A DNA stretch of 64,000 nt from Hypanus sabinus (taxonomy: Eukaryota): the NCBI RefSeq assembly GCF_030144855.1, contig NC_082706.1, forward strand, positions 117,738,001 through 117,802,000, written 5' to 3'. Below the pieces are notes generated by a model, which worked only from the letters and a program-made list of their open reading frames with translations, ran no database searches and was not told the origin of the DNA. Positions 23,701 through 34,810 of this stretch are shown one piece after another (position 1 is the first letter of the stretch; each line of letters begins with the position of its first letter). The position numbers were made by a program, and so were the translations under genes.

Positions 23701-26360
23701 TGATATAACAGAGTAGAGCCTTTGATTGTATGTCATTCCCAAAACCCACACAATATGCTCCCAAATTAATTTGTACATCAACCATAAAGATTATACGTTT
23801 CTCTCAGGAACTCTAGATTCTGCCAGCAGTGGAGGAAATATACAAAGCCTGACCTGTGATGTCTTTAACTTCAAAGGGATCGTGCCACAAACTGTGTGAG
23901 TCATTTAACACATTAGTGACTATTGATACCATGTAGCGTGCTTTTAAACACTTTACGTCTGATATCTGCATAAAAGCACTAAGTTCTAAGGCTTTGATTT
24001 CTCATTTGACCTTGCAAACTATCACTAGCTGACCATATCCAATATCCAGACTTGTTATAAATCAGATAATTGTTGTATTGTGTAAAATAGATAATTAAAT
24101 CCACCATCCTACACCAACCTATTAAATAATATGTTTTATACATAATTTTGATATTGTTTGGAGATGATAGGAGATGGAGCAATTAAGCAATAATATTGGC
24201 TGATTGCCTGTTTTATAATATCTTGTGAACAAATACAAGTGGACAAATGAACAAAGATTTCCAGCATACAGAATCATTCTATTGACTGTATTATCCATTC
24301 GAATCTAATTGGATTCTTTTGCACTTATGCCTTGTTTAGATCCATATTTTTGAACTTACTGTTGAATAAGGAATATGTACTGATCCCATTGAAGGCTTCA
24401 GTTGGATCAATACTTATTGGATCAGGCAGCTAACTATTGTACAAGCTACTGATGAACATAAGTTATTTCTTACACTGATATTAATTTATAGATTTTGCTG
24501 TGCCCCCTGTCTTCAAGTTCCTACATCCTGTTGTTTCATTACATCTGTCAACATACCTGCTTCTTTCATTAACACGTGGTCAATACATGAAAGGGTTGGA
24601 GGTTACTCCAGAGAAAGATGTGCAGTATATTATGTCACTTAATTTAAAGGTTATGAATGTACAATGTAACAAGTTGAGCAGGGGTGTAGGTAAAGGATGT
24701 CAGCCAAATCTGAATCAAAGCGGATTGTCTGTTAGCAACTGCAGCACCCAGTAAGATGCAAGGAGGGTGGTATATGTGACTGAGCTCATGGCAAATGATT
24801 GATTGTACCACAAGCAAATTTAATTTACTCAGAAAATGAGTTTGTTGAAAGTGTGAGCAAACCAAACTAATGGCCAAATTGCAGGAATATCTTTCCACAA
24901 AAAGAAAGATGCCTGGAAAAATGTGATTAGACTATAAGTGTTACTTTCACATTTTGCATGTAAACTCAATTTTAGTCACCTTCACCTAGTTTTGCACTTT
25001 TGCTTCACAAAGATTCTCTATGTCCCTACATTCAGCTCATATCATTTTACAGTTATGCCAGCAGCATGTGGCAAAAAACTATATTGTAACTCACTATTTC
25101 TTTCAAAACAATATATCTTCTTCACTCTATTAAAACAAAACATTAAAGGCCACGTAAGCTTGCAATCTCAAACATATCAGGAAGCACAAAAGAAAATAAA
25201 TTTGGAATATTAAGATTACTGACATTATGTTGAACTGAGTATCAAAAGGAAAGCACATCAAGTTGAAGAAGAGATCAGCCATAACCAATTAAATTATGAT
25301 TCCAAATGGAGGAGCTGGAAGTATTTACTCCGGAACAATGTTTCCATATTTTCCATGTATATTTTTAAAAGTGGTTATCAGACCTTGACTCTATGAATGA
25401 ATACAAGACAAACTGCAGATGCTTTGACCACAATACTTTGAACATTCTCTGAAGATGGAGATGGCCAACACAGCAACCATGGGCAAATGAGGACAACATC
25501 AACAGATGGTAACTCCTTGGAATCCATAGCTGAAGGTGGAATTGAGCCAGCTTCTTGAAATGAATGGGTTAATCCATAACAGTCAACATGCTATTTATGA
25601 AAAACAAATAACCCTTGAAATTTTTTAAAAAGCTTTTTGAAGGATTGATAAATTGGAAAGATAAAAAAGATGTAGTATCCCCAAGTGAATGAATGATTGA
25701 ATGGACTGACTTTATTTATAGGGAAATAGGAACTTCAATTCATTTCACAAGAAGCTTTTTAACAAAGATCTAGAATATGGTATAAGAGAGCATGTAGACT
25801 TGAAATCTACAGTAGATAAATCCCCAGGACCTGACAGGGTATTCCCCAGACCTAGTGTTGCAATTGCAGGGGCTGTGGCAGATATATTTAAAATGTCGGT
25901 ATCTACAGGTGTGGTGCCAGAGGGATTGGAGGATAGCTCATGTTGTTCCATTGTTTAACAAAAACTCTAAAAGTAATCCAGGCAATTATAGGCCTGTAAG
26001 TCTGATGTTGGTAGTAGGTAAATTATTGGAAGGAGTACTGAGATATAGGATCCACAAGTATTTGGATAGACAGGAGCTTATTAGGGAGAGTCAACATGGC
26101 TTTGTGCATGGTAGGTCATATTTAACCAATCTATTAGAGTTTTTTGAGGAGGTTACCAGGAAAGTGGATGAAGGGAAGGCAGTGGGTATTGTCTACATGG
26201 ACTTCAGTAAGGCCTTTGACAAGGTCCCACATGGGAGGTTAGTTAGGAAGATTCAGTTGCTAAGTATACATGGTGAGGTAGTAAATTTTATTAGAGAACA
26301 ACACACACAAAATGCTGGTAGAACACAGCAGGCTAGGCAGCATCTATAGGGAGAAGCAAT

Positions 26361-26394
26361 GTCGATGTTTCGTGCCCAGATCCTTCGTCAGGAC
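26361..26394 (-). ncRNA. Minimal hammerhead ribozyme, partly mutated
   Basis: Reverse complement GTC-CTGACGA-AGGATCTGGGCAC-GAAA-CATC-GAC; core boxes kept, stem II and stem III altered. Confidence 0.7.
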
Positions 26395-28225
26395 TAACCA
26401 AAAGGAAAGGTAGTAAGAAATTTGAAAGTAGAAGGGGGAGGGGGAATTGCGAAATGATAGGGCTAGATCGGAGGGGGTGGGATGAAGCTGAGAGCTGGAA
26501 AGGTGATTGGCGAAAGTGATACAGAGCTGGAGAAGGGAAAGGATCATGGGACAGGAGGCCTCAGGAGAAAGAAAGGAAGGGGGAAGCACCAGAGGGAGAT
26601 GGAGAACAGGCAAACAACTAAATATGTCAAGGATGGGGTAAGAAGGGGAGGAGGGGCACTAACGGAAGTTAGAGAAGTCAATGTTCATGCCATCAGGTTG
26701 GAGGCTACCCAGCCGGTATATAAGGTGTTGTTCCTCCAACCTGAGTTTGGATTCATTTTGACAATAGAGGAGGCCATGGATAGACATATCAGAATGGGAA
26801 TGGGACGTGGAATTAAAATGTGTGGCCACTGGGAGATCCTGCTTTTTCTGGCGGACCGAGCGTAGGTTTTCCACGAAACGGTCTCCCAGTCTGCGTCGGG
26901 TCTCGTCAATATATAAAAGACCAGACTGGAAGCACCGGACGCAGTATACACACCAGCCGACTCAGAGGTGAAGTGTCGCCTCACCTGGAAGGACTGTCTG
27001 GGGCCCTGAATGGTGGTGAGGGAGGAAGTGTAAGGGCAGGTGTAGCACTTGTTCCACTTACAAGGATAAGTGCCAGGAGGGAGATTGGTGGGAAGGGATG
27101 GGGGGGGGGGGGGGACGAGTGGACAAGGGAGTCGCGTAGGGAGCGATCCCTGCAAAAAGCAGAAAGGGGGGGGAGGGAAAAATGTGTTTGGTAGTGGGAT
27201 CCCGTTGGAGGTGGCGGAAGTTACGGAGAATTATATGTTGGACCTGGAGACTGGTGGGGTGGTAGGTAAGGACCCTATCCCAAGTGGGGTGGCGGGTGGA
27301 TGGGGTGAGGGCAGATGTGTGGGAAATGGGAGAGATGCATTTGGTTCCCCTTGTCCTTACCTACCACCCCACCAGCCTCCAGATCCAACATATAATTCTC
27401 CGTAACTTTCGCCACCTCCAATGGGATCCCACTACCAAACACATTTTTCCCTCCGCCCCCTTCCTGCTTTTCGCAGGGATCACTCCCTACGCGACTCCCT
27501 TGTCCACTCGTCCCCCTCCATCCCTTCCCACCGATCTCCCTCCTGGCACTTATCCTTGTAAACGGAACAAGTGCTACACCTGCCCTTACACTTCCTCCCT
27601 CACCACCATTCAGGGCCCCAGACAGTCCTTCCAGGTGAGGCGACACTTCACCTCTGAGTCGGCTGGTGTGTATACTGCGTCCGGTGCTCCCGGTGTGGCC
27701 TTTTATATATTGGTGAGACCCGACGCAGACTGGGAGATTGTTTCGTGGAAAACCTATGCTCGGTCCACCAGAAAAAGCAGGATCTCCCATTGATCACACA
27801 TTTTAATTCCACGTCCCATTCCCATTCTGATATGTCTATCCATGGCCTCCTCTATTGTCAAAAGGAATCCAAACTCAGGTTGGAGGAACAACACCTTATA
27901 TACCGGCTGGGTAGCCTCCAACCTGATGGCATGAACATTGACTTCTCTAACTTCTGTTAATGTCCCTCCTCCCCTTCTTACCCCATCCCTGACATATTTA
28001 GTCGTTTGCCTGTTCTCCATCTCCCTCTGGTGCTCCCCCCCCCCCTTTCTTTCTCCTGAGGCCTCCCGTCCCATGATCCTTTCCCTTCTCCAGCTCAGTA
28101 TCACTTTCGCCAATCACCTTTCCAGCTCTCAGCTTCATCCCACCCCCTCCGGTCTACTCCTATTATTTCACATTTCCCCCTCCCACCTCTACTTTCAAAT
28201 CTCTTACTATCTTTCCTTTCGGTTA

Positions 28226-28259
28226 GTCCTGATGAAGGGTCTTGGCCCGAAACGTCGAC
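28226..28259 (+). ncRNA. Minimal type I hammerhead ribozyme with intact core
   Basis: GTC-CTGATGA-A-GGGTCTTGGCCC-GAAA-CGTC|GAC: CUGAUGA 28229-28235, GAAA 28249-28252, GUC triplet ending at 28256, stem I GTC/GAC, stem II GGGU/GCCC. Confidence 0.85.
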
Positions 28260-30439
28260 ATTGTTTCTCCCTATAGATGCTGCCTAGCCTGCTGTATTCT
28301 ACCAGCATTTTGTGTGTGTTGTTTGAATTTCCAGCATCTGCAGATTTCCTCGTGTTTTCTCTTTAAATTGGATTAGAGATTGGCTTAATGGGAGAAGCCA
28401 GAGAGTGGTCGTGGAGGATTGCTTCTCTGAGTGGAGGCCTGTGACTAGTGGTGTGCCACAGGGATCAGTGCTGGGTCCATTGTTATTTGTCATCTATATC
28501 AATGATCTGGATGATAATGTGGTAAACTGGATCAGCAAATTTGCTGATGATACAAAGATTGGAGGTGTAGTGGACAGTGAGGAAGGTTTTCAAAGCTTGC
28601 AGAGGGATTTGGACCAGCTGGAAAAATGGGGTGAAAAATGGCAAATGAAGTTTAATACAGACAAGTGTGAGGTATTGCACTTTGGAAGGACAAACCAAAG
28701 TGGAACATACAAGGTAAATGGTAGGGCACTGAGGAGTTTAGTAGAACAGAGGGATTTGGGAATACAGATACAAAATTCCCTAAAAGTGGTGTCACAAGTA
28801 GATAGGGTCATAAAGAGAGCTTTTGGTATATTGGCCTTTATATATCAAAGTATTGAGTACAGGAGTTGAAATGTTATGTTGTTGTTGTATAAGGCATTGG
28901 TGAGGCCGAATTTGGAGTATTGTGTGCAGTTTTGGTCACTGAATTACAGGAAGGATATTAATAAGGTTGAAAGAATGCAGAGGTTTACAGGGATGTTGCT
29001 GGGACTTAAGAACCTGAATTACAGAGAAAGGTTCAATAGATTAGGATTTTACTCCCTGGAGCATAGAAGAATGAGGGGAGATTTAACAGAGGCATATAAA
29101 ATTATGACGGGTGATGCAAGCAGGTTTTTCCCACTGAGGCTAGGGGAGAAAATAACCAGAGGACATGGGTTAAGGGTGAACGGGGAAAAGTTTAAAGGGA
29201 ACATTGGGGGGGGGGGTCTTCTTCACACAGAGAGTGGTGGGAGTGTGGAATGAGCTGCCAGATGAAGTGGTAAATGCGGGCTCACTTTTAACATTTAAGA
29301 AAAACTTAAGACAGGTACATGGATGACAAGTGTATGGAGGGATATTGTCCAGTTGCTGGACAGTGCGACTAGGCAGAAAAATGGTTCGGCACAGCCAAGA
29401 AGGGCCAAAAGGCCTGTTTCTGTGCTGTAATGTTCTATGGTTCTATTTGAAGTATTCTAACAAAGACTGTTGGATTTTGCTGAGTAATAGTGTCAGGGGA
29501 TATGTAACAAAGGAGATGAGTTCCTGTGTTAATGGAGTAAGTCAACTATGATCAGGTTGAATAATATTACAGGTTTGAAGACCTGACTACCTTCCTGGGG
29601 ATATGTATCATCAGCTTGATTTAGCGTTGTGCTATAGTTCTTCTTCCATAAACTATTTTACATCCCATCTATAAGGTTATCTTGCAGCTTCCAAGTTTGA
29701 CATCATATTTCTGTTATATGATGTACAGTGTACATTTAAGAAGGAAATGTTCCATGTGCCATACCCTTTGTTACATTGTTATTGCCAACTACTGTTACTA
29801 TACCTTTCAATAAAGGATGTCTTGTTGTTCCTGGTACTGCTAATTGTATACCTTGTCACTTAACTGCAGAACCAAAAAACTTCCAAGTTGGAGAAGTTAG
29901 GGTGTTTGAAGGAAAAGCAAGGCTCTAATGAATAGTGTGAAGTTAGTAGAAAACAGGTTTCTCTACAATGGTGGTGATGGTAGGTAGTTGATGTTCCCAA
30001 TATTTTGGTGAGTTGAGGGGAAACAGACATAATCAAGCATATCAGAAAATGAGTGAAAATGCTTTTGATGAATCAGAAAGAGACGTGGAACAGAGCAACA
30101 ATGCTCACGGAAGGGAATATGATTGTTGGCAGTAAGATTGAATCATGAGTCTTTTAGTTCCAGAAACCACAGGTGAAAGAGAATATTCTCCCATTACATT
30201 CAAAATGCTTCAAGAATTAAAAAAACTGGGACTAAAACAGAATGTTTGAGGATTAGTTAGGAGATATATTTTCAGGCTATGGGAAATTAAAAATAGTGCA
30301 ATATCCACATCTTTTCAGATCAGGCCTTGTAGGATTAATTAGTGTAAGGGCAGTCAGTTGAGAGGGTGCAGAAAAATCTATTATAAAATGAAGAAGTTGG
30401 AAAACAAGTTGGCAAGATACACCAAAGCCCTTGAACAGA

Positions 30440-30987
30440 AAATGCTACAAAAAGTAATGGATACAGTCCAGTTCATTATGGGTAAAGCCCTCCTCATCAT
30501 TGAGTACTTCTAAATGAAATGCTGTTGCAAGAAAGTAAAGTCCAGCATCGGGGTCCCCCATACCCCGAACATGCTCTCTTCTTGCTGCTGCCTTCAGGAA
30601 GAAGTTACAGGAGTCTCAGAACTCCAGGACTCACACTACCAGGATCAAGAATTACCTCCTACCCATCTGACTCATGAACCAAAGGGGATTACTTCACTTG
30701 CTCCATCATGGAAATGTTTCCACAACCAATGGACTCATTTTGAAGGTCTCTTCATCTCATGTTACCAATATTTATTGCTTATTTATTTACTTTTCCAATT
30801 TCTTTTTGTATTTGCACAGTTTAATGTCTTTTGCGCATTGGTTGAATGCTTAAATTGAGGCAGACTTTCATTGATTATGTGATAGTTGCTATTCTATAGA
30901 TTTATTGAGCATGCCTGCAAGAAAATTATCTCAGGGCTTTTTATGGTGACATATATGTAATTTGATAATAATTTATTTTGAACTTTG
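30440..30987 (+). mobile_element. Rex1/Babar 3' fragment
   Basis: ctacaaaaagtaatggatacagtcca...ccttcaggaagaagttacaggag; tail tttgataataatttattttgaactttg. Confidence 0.7.
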
Positions 30988-31099
30988 TTATGTTTTGAAA
31001 CTCCTAAACGTTAAAACCAATTGAAAGCAAAACAAGGAGATGGGAGATAAACGCATGTACTTTGTTTTTACTTTTGGGGGAGGTATATATGTATATGAT

Positions 31100-32470
31100 T
31101 TGGCAGCAGCGTAATGTAAACAGGTAACAGAGTAGATGCTGAGAAGGATGCTGCTTTCCTTGCAGGTGCATGGTTTAAGAATAAAGGATCAATCATTAAA
31201 TTAATGTTGAGGAAGTTCTCTCAGGTGGTTGTGAATCTTTGACTTTTCCAACTCAAAACTGTGGGAGTGGGTCATTGGTTTTATTCAAGGCAGAGACTGA
31301 CAGATATTTCAACTCCCAGGAGTCAAGGGATACATGGAAAGTGTGTAAAGTGTTGAAGCAAAGACTGGATAAACCCTGATCACATTGAATCAGCAGATAC
31401 AACAGATCAATAGGCCTGTTTTAAGACCAGCATAAAAATATTTAGAAAGCCGTGTGACAATCAATCAGAGTCAACATGGTTTTATGAAAAGGCAATCATG
31501 TTTGATAAACTCTCAAGGGTTCTTTGAGGATTTAATAAACAATGTAGTTAAGAAAAATCTGAGGGGTGTGGTGCAGGATTGAAGTGTCAGGTGAAAGGTT
31601 ACTGAATGAAGAGGGATTGACTGGGGAAATATATGGGTCCGAAAAGGGTGTGGTGACAGAAATCAGGTGGAATAAACAGACCTCTTTCAGATTGTTACTC
31701 AGTAACTAACAGGATGCCACAGGGATCTCATTCATTTATAGTCAATATTAATGAGTTGGATGACCAGACTGAGAATACTGCAACCATATTTGCTGTTAAT
31801 GAAAGAGAAATGGATTAGCAAGATCATGAGGAGGAGGCATACAGCTCGCAAAGAGATGCAAAAAGGTCAATTAAGTGGGCAAAAATTTGGCAGATAAATT
31901 TAATAAGGCTATTCACTTTGAACAAATAATAAAAGAACACATTATTATTTAAATAGAAAGAGACTGCAAATTGTTGGAGAAAAAGGTATCTGAGATTTCT
32001 GGTACATGAAAAAAGGAATGTTAAGATGTAGGTATAGCAACTAATTAGTAAGGTTAATGGAATGATGGTCTTTATTCCAAAGGGTATGGAATATAAAAAC
32101 ACAAAAGCCTCGAAGCTGTTTTAATGGGTACAGATGAGAGCTGACCTGGAGTACAAAGTTCAATCTTCATGTTAAATAAGGAATGTACGTGCATTGGAGA
32201 CATTGCAGAAAAAGCTAACCAGTCATTTTTAGGATGAAAGAATTGGCATACGAAGAAAGTTTTTTACAGATTGGGCCTGCACAAAGTAGAATACAGAAAC
32301 TTGAGAGATGATCTTACGGAACTATAAGATTTTGAGGGGGAATGACAGGGTGGATGCTAAGAGAATATTTTTCCTGTGAGGGAGGGGGAGGTTAGTGATC
32401 AAGAATGTAGATCTATGGGGCATGGTTTCATTATAAAGGGGTATTTATTTAAGACAGAAATGAGAATTAG
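31100..32470 (+). mobile_element. Two heavily decayed CR1 fragments (3' end 31100-31420; RT region 31440-32470)
   Basis: agtcaacatggttttatgaaa (SQHGFMK), ggatgccacagggatc (G.PQGS), ctggagtac (LEY), GMEYK remnants. Confidence 0.7.
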
Positions 32471-32474
32471 TGCC

Positions 32475-33250
32475 AGATTTAATATCACTGCATATGACAT
32501 GAAATCTGTTTTATGTGACAGCAGTGGTATAATACATAATTTAAAAGAATTATAGATTACAGAAATAAAAGCCGTGCAAAAAAACAGAGAGAAAAAGATA
32601 GTGAGGTAATATACATGGGTTCATTGTCTGAGAGTCTTTGGTGACATACCTAGTTGCCTCAAACTCCTAATGAAATAGAAACATTGTTCTATCTTCTTTG
32701 CAATTGCATCAATATGTTGAGCCCAGGATAGATCTTCAGACATGTTGATCCCTGCTATATCTTGTAACTCCGAAACACACAGCCAGGAATGCAAGTCTAA
32801 CTTTGTTTTGCCTTTTAGTGAGATGCACGCATTTGACACAGTGGCATGATAGTGTTTGCCGTGCACATACTTTTATGTATAACCCAAATGGATTATTTAA
32901 ACATCAAATAATGCTTAAACAAATAATATATTTACAATATTACACAAATATTAGTGAAGTATTAAATACACAACACCCAGGACCTTGAAACTGTCCGCAG
33001 GTCACAGGTTTAGGAGTTGGTGTCAGAGTGTCTAGGTAAGAATCTGCAATGCACTTTGTGGATGGAACACATTGTTTTCACTTTAGCAGTGATGGAGGGA
33101 ATGAATGTTTAGGGTGCTGGTTGGAGTGCAGTTAAGGAGGCTTCTTTGTGGATAGGATTGAGCACTTGCGAGCTATTGGAGTTGCACTCATCCCAACAAA
33201 TGGAGAGAATTCCATTGCTCTCCTGCCTTGCACCTTTAAGGTAGTGAAAA
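32475..33250 (-). mobile_element. Rex1/Babar fragments (minus strand)
   Basis: INMSEDLSWAQHIDAIAKK..Q..YFIRSLRQLGMSPKTL; a further fragment at 33030-33250. Confidence 0.65.
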
Positions 33251-33269
33251 AAAACCTTAGGGAATCAAA

Positions 33270-34810
33270 GTACACAATGTTCTTTTTGCAGCCAATTACT
33301 ACACAGAGGGAATTCACTACCATTGTGACTGTTGCTGTTTAAACCACCCTCTTCTCCTGTACAAATGCGGAGAAAGGACTACAGGAACTCTACGGGGCCA
33401 TCTGCCATCTTGAAGCCGCTTACCCCTATGGTTTCTTTATTGTGGCTGGTGACTTCAATCATGTCAACTTAAAAACAAAGTTTTACCAGCATGTCAACCT
33501 CTCCTCCAGTGAAGAGAATATTTTAGGTCTATATCAACATTGTAGAGCCTGCAAGGCTGCAAGTGCCCACAGCCTGAATACTCAGACCACACATCCAGTT
33601 TGCTAGTCCTTGCATACATACCACTGGTTAAGCGAGACAAACCAGATTATAGGGACAGCAGAAGATACCACTTCAGTGCTGCAGGAAGCAGAGTGGAGCA
33701 ATATTCAGGGAGGTGGCTACCTATGATCATCACATCAACATTGATGAATATGTGGGATTGGTGATTGGCTACATCGAAAAATATGTTACTGTGAGTAAAC
33801 ACTACATTGCCAGGGCAAATCAGAAACTATGCCGACTGCAAAGGTTCATGCACTGCTTAAGGAACAGGATGCTGCCTTCAGTTGGGGAAAAGGTTAGCAA
33901 GAGCTGTGCTCTCCCCTGCCATCAGGAAGGCAAAGCAAGAGAACTGAGAGAAAATACACAGACATCTTTGCAACACTGGGATACACAGTGTACATAACAG
34001 TCCACCATGCTGGCTCATCACTGCACAGTCAGATCCAACTCAAGCCAGCATCAAGTTTGCTGGTGATACAACAGTGATGAGTCAACGTACGTAAGGGAGG
34101 TAAAGGGGCTTGTCAAATAGTGTGAGAACAACAACTGACAATGTGGACAAGACAAAAATCACGACTGTGGAAACCTTGAAGGCACAGGATGACCACTCTC
34201 CATTGCACATCAATGGCTCTGCTCTGAGGAGAGTGAAGAGCGTGAAGTCCCTTGGTGTGCACATAATGAACGATCTGACCTGAATCCACAGCTCCTCCTC
34301 ACAGGTCAAGAAGGCAGGTGCGTCTACATTTTCTGAGGAGATTGAGGCTTGCAAGACAACCGCCCCATTCTAACAAACTTCTACAGAAGTACCATTGAGA
34401 ATGTGTTTCTGAATGCATCATTGAGTAAAATGGAAGCTGCAGGGCATTGGACTGCAGGACCCCACAGACGAAAATAAACACTACCAAGGCAATCATGCGG
34501 GTCTCCCTTCACTTATTTGTGACATTTACCAGGAACGTTATATATGAAGGGCCAGAAGCATTGTTGAGAATCCCTACCATTCATTCCACAATCTTTTTGA
34601 CCCACTACCATCAGGAAGGAGGTACAGGAGCATCAGGGCTAAGACTGCCAGACTGGGTAACAGCTTTTTTCTCTCAGGCTGTAAGGCTAATGTATAATCT
34701 GCCACCACCGAGCTCTCGTCAGCATGCTAGCGAGCCGTTTACTGTTTACCTCTGCTGCACAATTCATATGCACTTTGAATTTAAGTTATTATGTGACTTG
34801 TTCATTTGAG
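33270..34810 (+). mobile_element. Decayed Rex1/Babar LINE (EN remnant, deleted RT, 3' end)
   Basis: ttattgtggctggtgacttcaatcat (FIVAGDFNH), catcaagtttgctggtgataca (IKFA.DT), ccactaccatcaggaaggaggtacagg (PLPSGRRYR). Confidence 0.75.

Larger units (their letters stand above)
26298..28363. mobile_element. Penelope-like (Neptune-type, GIY-YIG) foldback insertion, ~2-kb palindrome: minus arm 26298-~27340, plus arm ~27342-28355
   Basis: Each arm encodes the Cys-rich linker PGTYPCK.NKCYTC, then YCVRCS.CG..YIGETRRRLGD.F.E.L and LRLEEQHLIYRLGSLQPDGMNIDFSNF; 16-bp TSD taaattttattagaga (26282-26297) / taaattggattagaga (28364-28379). Confidence 0.93.
25790..29450 (+). mobile_element. 5'-truncated CR1 LINE split by the 2-kb PLE palindrome
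   Basis: ORFs 25855-26349, 28405-28869 and 28876-29253 continue across the insertion (HGEVVN|WIRDWL..., GVPQGSVLGP, FADD); tail tgttctatggttcta. Confidence 0.92.

Noticed and set aside
26344-28276. Many 100-170 aa ORFs on both strands of the PLE arms (also 4077-5359)
   Set aside because: Antisense or shifted frames of the GIY-YIG region and purine/pyrimidine-skewed pLTR; mirrored in both arms, not host genes
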